The notes beneath the pieces were generated by a model. That model was not told the DNA's origin and ran no database searches. It saw only the letters and a program-made list of their open reading frames with translations. Position numbers and translations under genes: made by a program. Below, in pieces: positions 18,039-27,568 of a DNA stretch of 64,000 nucleotides; position 1 is the first letter of the stretch; each line of letters starts with the position of its first letter. The stretch lies in IMG/VR virus record IMGVR_UViG_2061766007_000234; one strand, written 5' to 3'. Source of the DNA: an uncultured virus (IMG/VR IMGVR_UViG_2061766007_000234). Its lineage: Duplodnaviria; Heunggongvirae; Uroviricota; Caudoviricetes.

Positions 18039-18613
18039 ACGACAACGCGATTATCGAAATTGCAAACGCTATCCGCCGCATGACTAAAGAGAGCAATCAG
18101 GACACGATGATATACGGCACTGTCGAGAGCATAGACCCTCTTAAAATCCGTATTTCCGAAAAGATTGTTCTGACAGAAAAGTTCCTTTTTTTGGGGCAGA
18201 TGTGCAGACCGTACAAGGTAAAGATTCCGCACAAGCACCAGATAAACGGCACTACGGAGTTTACAAGAGCCGTTTCAGGTGTTCAGACAGGAACTGTACA
18301 TGTAACGCAGTACGATGAAGATACAGGGGAAGAAACAGGCGAAGAAGATGAGACAGTAGACCTCGGCGGTGCATCAATAGAAGGTCAAGTTGTTATAGAA
18401 GAACCTTTCGGGCATAAGCATGTCTTAGACCGTGTTACAACAGAGGACGTCCACAAGAAAGACACCGACTATGAGAAATATGTTGTCATAGAGATAGAGC
18501 CGAAGCTCAAAGAAGGCGACAAAGTGCTTATGTTTGCTTTCAACAATTACCAGATGTTTTATGTTGCGGAGCGTATAGAAAAAGATGAGGAAGAAGAGGA
18601 AGGCGGACAATGA
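18035..18613 (+). CDS. baseplate spike protein (DUF2577/XkdR-like)
   Basis: GTVESIDPLKI, LKEGDKV; HxH motifs. Confidence 0.8.
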   Translation: MNDNAIIEIANAIRRMTKESNQDTMIYGTVESIDPLKIRISEKIVLTEKFLFLGQMCRPYKVKIPHKHQINGTTEFTRAVSGVQTGTVHVTQYDEDTGEETGEEDETVDLGGASIEGQVVIEEPFGHKHVLDRVTTEDVHKKDTDYEKYVVIEIEPKLKEGDKVLMFAFNNYQMFYVAERIEKDEEEEEGGQ

Positions 18614-19005
18614 CACCAAATGTTGTTTATCCTAATTTTGAAAACGTGGCGATGTACCGTCAGCCGTCTCTTACGTACAAACTTACGGACGATACGGTAA
18701 ACGGCAAATGTGACGGCATAGATGCTGTAAAACAGGCTATTTATCATATTCTTGCTACAGAACGCTATTCAAACCCGATTTATGATGACAATTACGGCGT
18801 TGAGCTTGAGCAGTATATCGGCGCAGATTACGGCTTTATCGTGGCAAGCATAGAACAGACTTTGAGCGATGCACTTACACAGGACGACAGGATAAAGTCG
18901 GTTTCGGTTGATGAAATAACAAAAGACGGCAACAGCTGCCATGTAGTATTTACAGTAAGAACAATATACGGAGAAACACAGGAGGCTCTGAATGTCATTC
19001 AGTGA
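18610..19005 (+). CDS. baseplate wedge / sheath initiator (DUF2634/XkdS-like)
   Basis: AVKQAI..IL.TERY...IY...YGVEL, DALTQDDRI, F.V.TIYG. Confidence 0.9.
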   Translation: MTPNVVYPNFENVAMYRQPSLTYKLTDDTVNGKCDGIDAVKQAIYHILATERYSNPIYDDNYGVELEQYIGADYGFIVASIEQTLSDALTQDDRIKSVSVDEITKDGNSCHVVFTVRTIYGETQEALNVIQ

Positions 19006-20152
19006 GAACAATTCTTTTGACGATATAATGCGGCGTTGCCTTAACAACCAGCTTCTAAATAATGTTGACAAACGTGTCGGCTCTATGATTTATGACGCAA
19101 TGGCACCGCTTGCGCTTGAACTTGCAGAAGCCTACGCAAAAATGGACATCATGCTTGCACAGACATTCTTTATGACTGCCACAGGAGAATTTCTTGACAG
19201 ACGCGTAGCCGATAACGGCATGGTAAGACAGCAGGCGACAATTGCAAAAAGAATCGGGCAGTTCTGGCAGTATAAGGTTGATGAACATGGTATGCGCGTA
19301 AAAGACGAGAACGGCAAGTATATTCTTGAAGAAATGGAAGTTCCTGTCGGCTCAAGGTTTACAACCGTAAATCAGGGCAATGAGATTTATTTTGTCTACA
19401 CAGGCAAAATTGACAACATGAACATTCTCGAATGTGAGCAGGAAGGAACAGTCGGCAATGAATACATGGGCACAATTCTGCCTGTCAGTACAATTGCTTA
19501 TCTTGTCAAAGCTGAAATTGTCTCAACTTATGTTACTGGACGCGACACAGAAACGGACGAAGAATTACGCAACAGGCAGAAGCTCCGCTATCAGTCAGTT
19601 TCTTTCGGCGGCAACATTGCCGATTATGTTGAAAAATGCAACGAAATTACTGGTGTAGGAGAAACTAAGGTATTCCCTGCATGGCTGACAAACGGAACTG
19701 TGCTGCTTTGCTGTGTTGATGAATCTTTCAATCCTCTTACACCTGAATTCATAGAGCAGCTTCAGGAAGAAATAGACCCGCCAGAAAGACATGGAAAAGG
19801 GGAAGGTATTGCTCCAATCGGGCACTATGTAACTGTAACAACGCCGGTACAACGCTATATACAAGTGCAAGTAACCTTAGTTTTAGACGGAGAAACGACA
19901 GTCGAAGATGTACGGGCAGCAATAGAAGCCAACATTGAAAGCTATTTTGCTTCTGAACGAAGAACCTATACACAGGGACGAACTTTAGTAATTCTAAGGG
20001 CAAGAATCATACAGGAAATATTTAGGGTAAGAGGAATCATCAACGCTATTGATGTTTTACTGGATGGACAGGCAGACGATGTTTTCCTTACAGACTTAGG
20101 AACTGTAGACGGTCAGTCGCTGCCATATCTTGCGGGGGTAGAACTTGAGTAA
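18992..20152 (+). CDS. baseplate J-like protein (XkdT-like)
   Basis: DKR.GS.IYDA, TATGE.LD, G.D.ETDEELR.R, FGGNIADY, G.G.APIGH.VTV. Confidence 0.93.
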   Translation: MSFSENNSFDDIMRRCLNNQLLNNVDKRVGSMIYDAMAPLALELAEAYAKMDIMLAQTFFMTATGEFLDRRVADNGMVRQQATIAKRIGQFWQYKVDEHGMRVKDENGKYILEEMEVPVGSRFTTVNQGNEIYFVYTGKIDNMNILECEQEGTVGNEYMGTILPVSTIAYLVKAEIVSTYVTGRDTETDEELRNRQKLRYQSVSFGGNIADYVEKCNEITGVGETKVFPAWLTNGTVLLCCVDESFNPLTPEFIEQLQEEIDPPERHGKGEGIAPIGHYVTVTTPVQRYIQVQVTLVLDGETTVEDVRAAIEANIESYFASERRTYTQGRTLVILRARIIQEIFRVRGIINAIDVLLDGQADDVFLTDLGTVDGQSLPYLAGVELE

Positions 20153-20975
20153 TAACGTTACAAGATATACGCCTAATGCAGTAAAAAACAACAGGGTTTT
20201 TCAAAATCAATATCTAGTACATCAGATAGAAATTGATAATTTACATGGCGCAATAAGAAGAACCGTAGCCAACAGCTATATCGATTCAATGGACGATGAC
20301 AGAATCGCTGAATGGGAAGAAGTTCTTTTACTTCCTGTTAATGTAGGTCAGCCGCCGTCATTAAGAATAAAGGCTATAAAAGACTATCTTAACTTTGTGC
20401 CGCCGATAACACGGTACAAGCTTATTGATATGCTTGATTTGAAATACGGTAAAGACCACTATTATCTTAAAATAAATAAAGAAACTTTTGAGGTAATTGT
20501 CGGTGTAGAAACAGCTCCAGATGATTTCGTAGAATACATGTATGGCTGGCTGCATTTGAATATGACTTATGGCGGTATGGCAGAAAAGACATATTCAGTG
20601 CTTATGAAGTTCCGCGGAGTAGTAGATTCTACTTCCAATGCACTTTTAAGCGACCAGTCATTTAAGAAGCTGCTAAGAAAGCTTGTTCCTGCAAATATGC
20701 TTCTGACATTTGCTATAATGTTTATGTATGCCTATCTAAGAGGCTTGTACACATATACGGAGCTTGAGCAGTACACCTATGCGTATCTAAGCCAGTACAG
20801 CGATTGGGAAGACGAATACGACGACAAGCATAAGAAGCAAGACCCTGTAAGGAATCATATACTTTATCTTGGCGGCGAAGGTTGGCATGTACAGCCGTAT
20901 GTAGAAAATCATACGCTTTACATAGACGAGCAAGATGCTGAAAAGATTATGAATAATTTGTACTTTCATATATAA
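20145..20975 (+). CDS. baseplate wedge protein (DUF2313/XkdU-like)
   Basis: WEEVL, R.LVPANM; follows baseplate J; TTG start. Confidence 0.75.
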   Translation: MSNNVTRYTPNAVKNNRVFQNQYLVHQIEIDNLHGAIRRTVANSYIDSMDDDRIAEWEEVLLLPVNVGQPPSLRIKAIKDYLNFVPPITRYKLIDMLDLKYGKDHYYLKINKETFEVIVGVETAPDDFVEYMYGWLHLNMTYGGMAEKTYSVLMKFRGVVDSTSNALLSDQSFKKLLRKLVPANMLLTFAIMFMYAYLRGLYTYTELEQYTYAYLSQYSDWEDEYDDKHKKQDPVRNHILYLGGEGWHVQPYVENHTLYIDEQDAEKIMNNLYFHI

Positions 20976-20985
20976 GGAGTAAGAA

Positions 20986-22509
20986 ATGAGTGATTATGTT
21001 GATAATGTCGATATAAGCGGAAACACATTCCGTATACAAGATACCGATACGAGAGGTATGATAGACCAGAGACCTATTGTACTATCTGACGATACCACAA
21101 TTGCACCGGATAGAAATCTGACAATCGTAATAGATACGGACGATATAACAGTAACTCTTAATGCAGCAGAATTTATAGGCTGTAATGTAACTATTCTTCC
21201 GACATTCTCAAGCGGCAGTGCAAATGTATTGTGCGGTTCTGATACTTATACGGTAGAATCCGGCAATAAGATTAATCTCATTTGGAACGGCGATGCTTGG
21301 CAGGAAGAAGCAGGCGGTTCGTCTGGTGCTCCTGTAGGTCTAACTTACGAGCAGTCTCGATGGCTTATTTTTGATTTTTCCGATTCAAGTCACAAGTCGA
21401 TTGTTATAAAAAAAGGAACTCACATTCCGCTTGATGTTACATCTGGCGGAGAAACATCAAGAATGTGGCTTCATGCAAATACTGATTTAAGCTTTGATTT
21501 GTCTAGCGCGATTACAGCCGCCGGAAACGTGGCCGCAACCAGAACAGGCGAGATAAACGGCCGCGACTTTTATGTCTATTTAGCCCCGGATACAAGCGGC
21601 GTAAAACTTGTTGTATCAACGCTTGATACAGCGCCGAGTGATATTAACGCAAGCTATACAGTCAACAATACGCGCAAAATCGGTCAGTTCCACACGCTTT
21701 GCACTGATGCCGGAGCAAACTTGACGGCGACTATTCCGGCAGACCCCGGTAGTCTTGCAGTAAATGATTACACGCTCGTCAAAAATGTGCCGGAAGACAG
21801 CGATTTTTTTGATTTTTACAACAGAAAAGTAACCGCCGTAGCGTCAAATGCTATATACGACACGGTGACGGTCGAGCACGTGCTGAAAGGCTTTACAGCA
21901 GGGCAGATATTGCCGGAAAGTGTCTGGTGTCTGTCTTTCAGACCAAATTCAAAAGCTGACGGCATGGTATATGACCCTGAAACAGACACCGCAGTCGACA
22001 TTTACTTGCAGAGCGGCAAAGGACGCAACACAAAGAGCGTCTACGGCGGCACTACGACACGAGCACGTCAGCATGCAAATCATCAGGCTGACATGCGTGC
22101 AGTGGGCAAGCTCTTAATTTCTGACAGCGAATTCACTTCGGCCGCATTAGGCAGCAATGAAAAAACGCCTATATATGGTGCGGTTGAATCGTCAATCGTA
22201 ACCACAGGCGGACATGTTGACACAGCAAGCCGCCGCATGGTGTCATTTATCGGCGCGGAAGATATGTGCGGCAGTGTTTGGCAATGGTTAAGGGACGTAA
22301 GTGCTAACAATGGACAGAATTTTACAACATACGACGGCGTGGGCAACTTCGGGCAGACTTACGGATCATCTCTTGCGTTGATTGCGGGCGGTGCTTGGTC
22401 TCGCGGTGCGTCGTGCGGGTCTCGCTGTCGTTTTGCGAGTGTCTCGCGGTCGGATGCGGATACGGGCATCGGCGGGCGCGGTGTGAGCCGCGTTGTGCGC
22501 GGGGTGTAA
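20986..22509 (+). CDS. tail fibre / receptor-binding protein with Mtd-like C-type-lectin C-terminus
   Basis: GRDFYVY, RKIG.FH.LC, ILP.SVW.L..RP....GMVY, VDIYL.S, G.EDMCG.VWQW, GG.W..G..CGSRCR. Confidence 0.85.
   Translation: MSDYVDNVDISGNTFRIQDTDTRGMIDQRPIVLSDDTTIAPDRNLTIVIDTDDITVTLNAAEFIGCNVTILPTFSSGSANVLCGSDTYTVESGNKINLIWNGDAWQEEAGGSSGAPVGLTYEQSRWLIFDFSDSSHKSIVIKKGTHIPLDVTSGGETSRMWLHANTDLSFDLSSAITAAGNVAATRTGEINGRDFYVYLAPDTSGVKLVVSTLDTAPSDINASYTVNNTRKIGQFHTLCTDAGANLTATIPADPGSLAVNDYTLVKNVPEDSDFFDFYNRKVTAVASNAIYDTVTVEHVLKGFTAGQILPESVWCLSFRPNSKADGMVYDPETDTAVDIYLQSGKGRNTKSVYGGTTTRARQHANHQADMRAVGKLLISDSEFTSAALGSNEKTPIYGAVESSIVTTGGHVDTASRRMVSFIGAEDMCGSVWQWLRDVSANNGQNFTTYDGVGNFGQTYGSSLALIAGGAWSRGASCGSRCRFASVSRSDADTGIGGRGVSRVVRGV
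22371..22509 (+). other. DGR-type variable region (VR)
   Basis: Only 7 adenines in 22371-22506; codons at the positions that are usually Asn in Mtd-type templates all end in T or C. Confidence 0.75.
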
Positions 22510-22587
22510 CAGGCTTTAATTAATAACTGCACTTGTTAAATTGCGTTGCTTGTTTTTAAGCAATAATTAGACTATACTTAAAATAAA

Positions 22588-22617
22588 AGAACCTTCAAGG
22601 TCTGTAACGGAGGTTCT
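22588..22617 (+). promoter_or_regulatory. late-leader motif in SD-sequestering hairpin
   Basis: TATACT 22573-22578; AGAACCTTC pairs with GGAGGTTCT directly before ATG 22618. Confidence 0.75.
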
Positions 22618-22971
22618 ATGCAAAATTCAACAAACTATCAAATGAATCTGCCCGAAGGGTTTGACCAGTTCGATATTGCCCATTTCAATCAGAATACAAG
22701 ATTTCTTGATTCAAAAATCAAGTCATTGGAAAATGAAACTGACAAAATTGTTTCAACGAAAAAAAAGCTGACAGGGACGTTATCGACAGGACAGACATAC
22801 GTATCTTTTCAGGACAGCGCAATCAACAACAATTCGTATATCGACGTGTATACAAGCGTTTACGGCGTAAATCCGCGAGATATTACGCTTACTGGAAATA
22901 CTGTTATTGTATATTTCGCAGCGCAAACTTCCTCAGTTGATGTTTCAATTGTAGTAGAAAATTATCAGTAA
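22618..22971 (+). CDS. short tail-fibre-like protein
   Basis: STNY.MNLPE..D..DI..FN.N...LD N-terminus typical of fibre proteins; beta-rich C-terminus. Confidence 0.65.
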   Translation: MQNSTNYQMNLPEGFDQFDIAHFNQNTRFLDSKIKSLENETDKIVSTKKKLTGTLSTGQTYVSFQDSAINNNSYIDVYTSVYGVNPRDITLTGNTVIVYFAAQTSSVDVSIVVENYQ

Positions 22972-22983
22972 AAGGAGAAATAT

Positions 22984-23583
22984 ATGGCTTTTTTCAGATG
23001 TGGCGGCGGCAACGGCATAGATTTATGTCAGGTGGTTGGTGCGATTGGCTGCGGTAATCTAGGTACTACTAATCAAACATTTACAATTAATAATGTTCGA
23101 CCGGGGAAAAGACTGCTGTTCTGGTTAGACAATGGAAGAATAACACCTACAAGTTTGACTGTGAATATTAACGATAATGTTGCCGAAACAATTTTTAATA
23201 ATCAAAAAAATGGAAAAGGGTATTTTGCGCTTGTTAAACCAAAAACAGGAACTCTTACTGGTAAGATAACTGCTAGTTGGACAACAGAGTGGGGCTCTGC
23301 CGTTATTGTTATTGAAGTACCAGAAGACTTGGAGGGAATTATAAAACCTTTAAGTGGAAATAACGTCTTGCAGGATTTATCAGAATTGGGAGTACCGCCT
23401 TTTCATCTTATTTCTTCTCAAATTTCCAGTTTCCAAGAACCCATTGATAGAATACAAAAATCAGGATATCTATTCGTTAATACACACCAGAACGCTGGTT
23501 TAATTTCTGAAGTGTATTGCAAAGATTCTTTTTTTACACCGACTTGGACAGACACAAGTATTGGTAACTGGATAATGTATTAA
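22984..23583 (+). CDS. hypothetical protein, probably tail-associated
   Basis: AAGGAG upstream; MAFFRCGGG start; AT-rich. Confidence 0.6.
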   Translation: MAFFRCGGGNGIDLCQVVGAIGCGNLGTTNQTFTINNVRPGKRLLFWLDNGRITPTSLTVNINDNVAETIFNNQKNGKGYFALVKPKTGTLTGKITASWTTEWGSAVIVIEVPEDLEGIIKPLSGNNVLQDLSELGVPPFHLISSQISSFQEPIDRIQKSGYLFVNTHQNAGLISEVYCKDSFFTPTWTDTSIGNWIMY

Positions 23584-23820
23584 ATGTCAGCTCAAACCAA
23601 AGCCGTGAACGGATTTTTCCGCAAGGCTAACCGTCAAGATATTGACAGGCTTCTTGGTTCAGTCCTTTTTTCCGACAGGCAGGAACAAATCTTTAATATG
23701 TTCTACCTTCGGAAAAAGGACGTGAACTACATCGCCGATTATCTCAATTATTCGCCCGACACGATAAACAAGGAACTCAAAAAAATAAGGGAAAAGCTCT
23801 GCTTTTTTTTGCCCTTGTGA
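23584..23820 (+). CDS. sigma-70 region 4 / LuxR-like HTH regulator
   Basis: SDRQEQIF.M.Y.......IADYLNYS.DTINKELKKIREKL. Confidence 0.75.
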   Translation: MSAQTKAVNGFFRKANRQDIDRLLGSVLFSDRQEQIFNMFYLRKKDVNYIADYLNYSPDTINKELKKIREKLCFFLPL

Positions 23821-23821
23821 T

Positions 23822-23861
23822 TACAGAATCTTTACAAAAACAATACAGAATCTTTACAAAA
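23822..23861 (+). repeat. 18-bp direct repeat, probable activator site
   Basis: TACAGAATCTTTACAAAA at 23822 and 23844 (22-bp period), upstream of TGCTATTAT extended -10 at 23878. Confidence 0.75.
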
Positions 23862-23892
23862 TAACTATCTCTCCAAATGCTATTATCGAAGC

Positions 23893-24069
23893 ATGGAAAC
23901 AAGACAGGCAGCTATAAGCTATATCAAGACGCTTTCGGAATCGGATAAACAGAAAGTAAAGGATATGCTCTCGCACGGCATTCTTTGCGGCGCAGACTAT
24001 GCACGGCAGAATGAGATAGACCCACTTTCTTTCAGCCAAGAATTAAAGCTTGTTTTCGGGGGTAAATGA
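23893..24069 (+). CDS. hypothetical protein (58 aa), possibly leaderless
   Basis: Translated by hand; ATG lies 6 nt after the -10 box; ATGA overlap with next gene. Confidence 0.5.
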   Translation: METRQAAISYIKTLSESDKQKVKDMLSHGILCGADYARQNEIDPLSFSQELKLVFGGK

Positions 24070-24602
24070 TGTATAACCCGATGATTGACTACAAGCGCAA
24101 CGAGCTTATGGCACAACAGGCAATGATACAACAGCAGCTCGCACAGCTTAATCAAATGACACCACAAATACAGATGAATCAGCCTGTTAATGTTCCGGCG
24201 AATACACAGTATTTTGTAAAAGAGGTAGCAGGTTTTGACGAAGCTAAACGGATAGTGCCGAACTTAGGACAGGTTTACGTTCTTATCAACAGCAAGGACG
24301 GCAAAATCTATCTCAAACAACTGAATCCAGACACAGGCAAATCAGACTATCTTTTCTATAACGTAGACAATGCGGAAGAAAACATAGAAAAAGACCCCAT
24401 AACGCTTATTGATGAGCGTCTTTCAAACATCGAAAAAGCAATAGGAGATATGAGGAATGAATCCGTTTCAGGCAATGCAGCAGTTCCAGAACCTTGCGAA
24501 AAATCCGATAAACGCAATCTTGCAGAATCAGCTGGAGCAGATGAAGGCGCAGAATCCGCAAATGTATCAGCAGGTTCTGCAAATGACAAGCGGAAAAAAT
24601 GA
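24066..24602 (+). CDS. Gln-rich hypothetical protein
   Basis: Gln/Met-rich N-terminus, V.GFDEAK...IYLKQ; first of a co-oriented cassette. Confidence 0.7.
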   Translation: MMYNPMIDYKRNELMAQQAMIQQQLAQLNQMTPQIQMNQPVNVPANTQYFVKEVAGFDEAKRIVPNLGQVYVLINSKDGKIYLKQLNPDTGKSDYLFYNVDNAEENIEKDPITLIDERLSNIEKAIGDMRNESVSGNAAVPEPCEKSDKRNLAESAGADEGAESANVSAGSANDKRKK

Positions 24603-24693
24603 AGCGCAACAGAAAGAAATTGCTGAAAACATCGCAAAAGAAAGAGGAATTGACCTTAAAAGTTTCGCTTCAAACTTCGGAATCAAAATCTGA
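24457..24693 (+). CDS. Gln/Met-rich hypothetical protein
   Basis: GAGG upstream; MNPFQ...NP...ENIAKERGIDL. Confidence 0.75.
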   Translation: MNPFQAMQQFQNLAKNPINAILQNQLEQMKAQNPQMYQQVLQMTSGKNEAQQKEIAENIAKERGIDLKSFASNFGIKI

Positions 24694-24752
24694 TATTTTT
24701 CATGCTTTTTTTTTGGCATAAAAAATAAATCTTAATATGAAAGGAGAAACGA

Positions 24753-25388
24753 ATGGCAATCGAAACGACAGGCACACCAGTAATCATGGGTGACAACGGC
24801 ATGGGCTGCGGAATGGGCTTCTGGGGATTTCTTATCCTTGCGATGTTCCTTTTCGGCGGAAGCGGTTTCGGCGGTTTCGGAAACAACGGCAACACAAATG
24901 CTATACAGGCAGATGTAAACCGTGGCTTTGACAACCAGAATTTGCAGGCGCAGACACGCGACATTCTGGGCGCGGTTACAAGCGGAACAGCACAGACAAT
25001 CGCAGCTTCGACAGCAAATGCTTCAAACGCAATCAACGCAATCAAGGACGGAAACGCCGCCCTTATCCGTGAATTCGGAAACGTTGAAACTGCATTGACT
25101 GCATTGAGCGGTAAACAGCAGGAATGTTGCTGTGAAATTAAGCAGCAAATCATGCAGAGCGAGTACAACAGTGCAATGCGTGACGCAAGCACAAATGCCA
25201 ACATTACCGCACAGATTCAGTCTGTAAAAGACATGCTGTCACAAAATAAGATTGAAGCCTTGCAGTCACAGGTGAACAATCTTCAGTTGCAGAACGCTCT
25301 TGCAGGTGTAGTACGTTATCCTAACGGAATGACCTACACGGCAGGCACAAGCCCTTTCTGTAACTGCAACGGTTACTTTGCGGCTTGA
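24753..25388 (+). CDS. Gly-rich TM plus coiled-coil protein with CCCE motif
   Basis: AAGGAG upstream; W...ILAMFLFGG.GFGGFG, QQECCCE, KIEALQ, Cys-rich tail. Confidence 0.8.
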   Translation: MAIETTGTPVIMGDNGMGCGMGFWGFLILAMFLFGGSGFGGFGNNGNTNAIQADVNRGFDNQNLQAQTRDILGAVTSGTAQTIAASTANASNAINAIKDGNAALIREFGNVETALTALSGKQQECCCEIKQQIMQSEYNSAMRDASTNANITAQIQSVKDMLSQNKIEALQSQVNNLQLQNALAGVVRYPNGMTYTAGTSPFCNCNGYFAA

Positions 25389-25512
25389 ACGTAATTTTTT
25401 ATTACGTTTTCCCTTTTATGGTGAATATTTCCGCTTGTAAAAGCGTTGACATATCAGGGGAAATTAGAAGCAGTCAGCGGAAAATTTCCCCTATTTTTTT
25501 ACGAGGTGCAGA

Positions 25513-25824
25513 ATGTGTTGCTGCAATTACCCTAAACGGTTCAGAGCTGAATCGGTAACGGTTGCCGGTGGTATCACGACCCTTACTATTCCGGCCACGG
25601 CAGAAATTAATCCGGGCGATTTGGTTGAAATCCTTGTTGCTGTTCCAATTCCAGACGGAACGAACGGAACACAGCTTTCGGTTACGAACGGAACATTGAC
25701 AGGCAGTGTTTTCGTAAGCAACGGAAACTATTTCAGACCGAGACCGCTCTTGAGCAGAACAGTTTTCCTTGTGCAGTTTTTCTCGGACCCGGAACATTTC
25801 CAGCTTATCAAAATCAAAAGGTAG
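25513..25824 (+). CDS. small beta-rich hypothetical protein
   Basis: GAGG upstream; MCCC start. Confidence 0.7.
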   Translation: MCCCNYPKRFRAESVTVAGGITTLTIPATAEINPGDLVEILVAVPIPDGTNGTQLSVTNGTLTGSVFVSNGNYFRPRPLLSRTVFLVQFFSDPEHFQLIKIKR

Positions 25825-25830
25825 GACGCT

Positions 25831-26406
25831 ATGGACTTGCTAAACAACAGCGAAACAAAAACGATGTCGGAAAACGTCAAGGCTCTGTATGAAGCCGTCC
25901 ATAAGGTGCTTCTCACACACAGCAAGCTCAACTGCAAGGCGATGTGCGCGGCACAGGCTCTAGGCTATAACGGTTTCAAGAGATGGCACAGATACCGCTC
26001 AAAGCAGTTCTTTGACCTTGCATTGAAGCTTTCAAACGAGCTGACAGACAGGTTCAGAATCAAGGCTGATTTCCGCGACTACGAGCTTAATTACAGCCCT
26101 GCTTCTCTTGAAGAACATCTCAAGACGTGGGAAAAGGCTGTTCTTGACGGCATACAGGAACTCGGCGAACTCGGCAAGTCTTACTACGAGCTAACCGGCA
26201 CTAAATGCGGTATCGTGGAAGCGGCTATAACAGACATGTCTTGCGACTACGGCAAAATCGGACGCTATATCAAGCGTTTCAACGAATCAGACTGGCTTGC
26301 TCTTGATATGCACATCGTTGACGACAGGCTGCATGACAAATACAAGCAGAAAGAAGAGGGCACTGGCTTATGGAGCAATATGCTAAGCAACGCGATGAAG
26401 TTCTAG
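25831..26406 (+). CDS. ferritin-like fold protein (putative)
   Basis: All-helical; GFKRWH.Y and WE....L patterns. Confidence 0.5.
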   Translation: MDLLNNSETKTMSENVKALYEAVHKVLLTHSKLNCKAMCAAQALGYNGFKRWHRYRSKQFFDLALKLSNELTDRFRIKADFRDYELNYSPASLEEHLKTWEKAVLDGIQELGELGKSYYELTGTKCGIVEAAITDMSCDYGKIGRYIKRFNESDWLALDMHIVDDRLHDKYKQKEEGTGLWSNMLSNAMKF

Positions 26407-26753
26407 CCGATTTCAGAGCGGCGGTTTCCGAAGTTGACTTTTCGGGTTACAGCCCTTACTCGGCGGAGTTTGACAAGGCTCTGCGAATCGGTCTTATGTG
26501 GCAGCTTCTCGGCATGGCAGAAGCCCCGGAAACATCAGACGAAATATCTGATGAGATTGACGGCGCGAAACGGTACATGCAGAAGTACATCGAAACAGGT
26601 GATATGTCTTTTAAGGAAATGTCAGAGGATGAAATGAAGCACGCCGGAATCCTTATAAAGAAAGCGTATTCACGTCTTCCGAACGGAGAAGAAAAGACAC
26701 GCCTTAAAGCCTACGAAAACGAGATTGAGGCACTGAAAAAAGCTATGCCCTAA
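26370..26753 (+). CDS. ferritin-like four-helix protein (putative)
   Basis: I.DEIDGA.RY and EMS.DE.KHA (ExxH) motifs. Confidence 0.55.
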   Translation: MEQYAKQRDEVLADFRAAVSEVDFSGYSPYSAEFDKALRIGLMWQLLGMAEAPETSDEISDEIDGAKRYMQKYIETGDMSFKEMSEDEMKHAGILIKKAYSRLPNGEEKTRLKAYENEIEALKKAMP

Positions 26754-27005
26754 TCTCGATGTCGGCTTTTTCGAGCGAATACGGCAGGAACTCACGGCAG
26801 ACTTCGAGGGCTTTCCTTACATCGAAGTCGNNNNNNNNNNNNNNNNNNNNNNNNNNNNNNNNNNNNNNNNNAGCCGTTCAGTCAGTTCATTGTATTTATT
26901 CTTGTACGATTCGTATTCTTCAAAAGCGGTCATCGGCATTGTGACCGCAATTTCTGATTTTTTCATACTAACCTCTTGTATAACATTGTATGGTATTTTG
27001 CGTTG

Positions 27006-27037
27006 AAAAAAAAGCCCCGGATTGTCGGGGCTTTTTT
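27006..27037. terminator. bidirectional intrinsic terminator
   Basis: A8-GCCCCGG-ATTG-TCGGGGC-T6 between convergent genes. Confidence 0.85.
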
Positions 27038-27038
27038 A

Positions 27039-27530
27039 TTATCCTTGAGTTATTCCAAGCGCACTGCAAATTATAATAAAAATAAGGAACACAATGCCGA
27101 ATACAATTAGAGCTTTCTTGCCGCCCTTCTTTTTCTTCTGGTTGTATTTTTCGTTTATTTCATTCGCTTCTTCAATAGTGCCGTTACCGCAACCGAAGCA
27201 GACCTTTGCTAAAGTCTGGTAAGCTTTTGTATCAAGCTGCAAAAGGCTTTTCTTGCCGTTCACAAACTCAACGGCAACTTGATATGTTCCCTTAGTTTTG
27301 CCCGAAGCCGCGCCTGCAATAGCGCCGACACCGCCGAGCAGAGCACCGCCGACAATTCCCCTTGCGATACCGCTTGCCGCGCTTTTCTGTGTATCTTCCG
27401 TTACGAGCTCGTAAGCTTTTACGGTTTTAGCGTTTATTACAGCAAACTCTTTTGTAACTCCGATAACGAGCTTGTCAAACTCATCAACAACTACACCGTT
27501 AAGATAATCCCCTGCAATTACTGTGTTCAT
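27039..27530 (-). CDS. membrane-anchored lysogeny-module protein (possible superinfection exclusion)
   Basis: Gly-zipper RGIVGGALLGGVGAIAGA and C-terminal TM; downstream of repressor. Confidence 0.6.
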   Translation of the reverse strand: MNTVIAGDYLNGVVVDEFDKLVIGVTKEFAVINAKTVKAYELVTEDTQKSAASGIARGIVGGALLGGVGAIAGAASGKTKGTYQVAVEFVNGKKSLLQLDTKAYQTLAKVCFGCGNGTIEEANEINEKYNQKKKKGGKKALIVFGIVFLIFIIICSALGITQG

Positions 27531-27568
27531 AAAGAATCTCCTTTAGCAAGAATATACAGCCGAAATTA

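Noticed and set aside
22510..23583. DGR template repeat, avd or reverse transcriptase
   Set aside because: No A-rich copy of the VR and no RT motif found by eye here or elsewhere in the ORF track
26759..26944. ORF spanning the N gap, likewise 47957..48481 and 56718..57257 beyond their gaps
   Set aside because: Frame continuity across Ns is not evidence; true gap lengths are unknown
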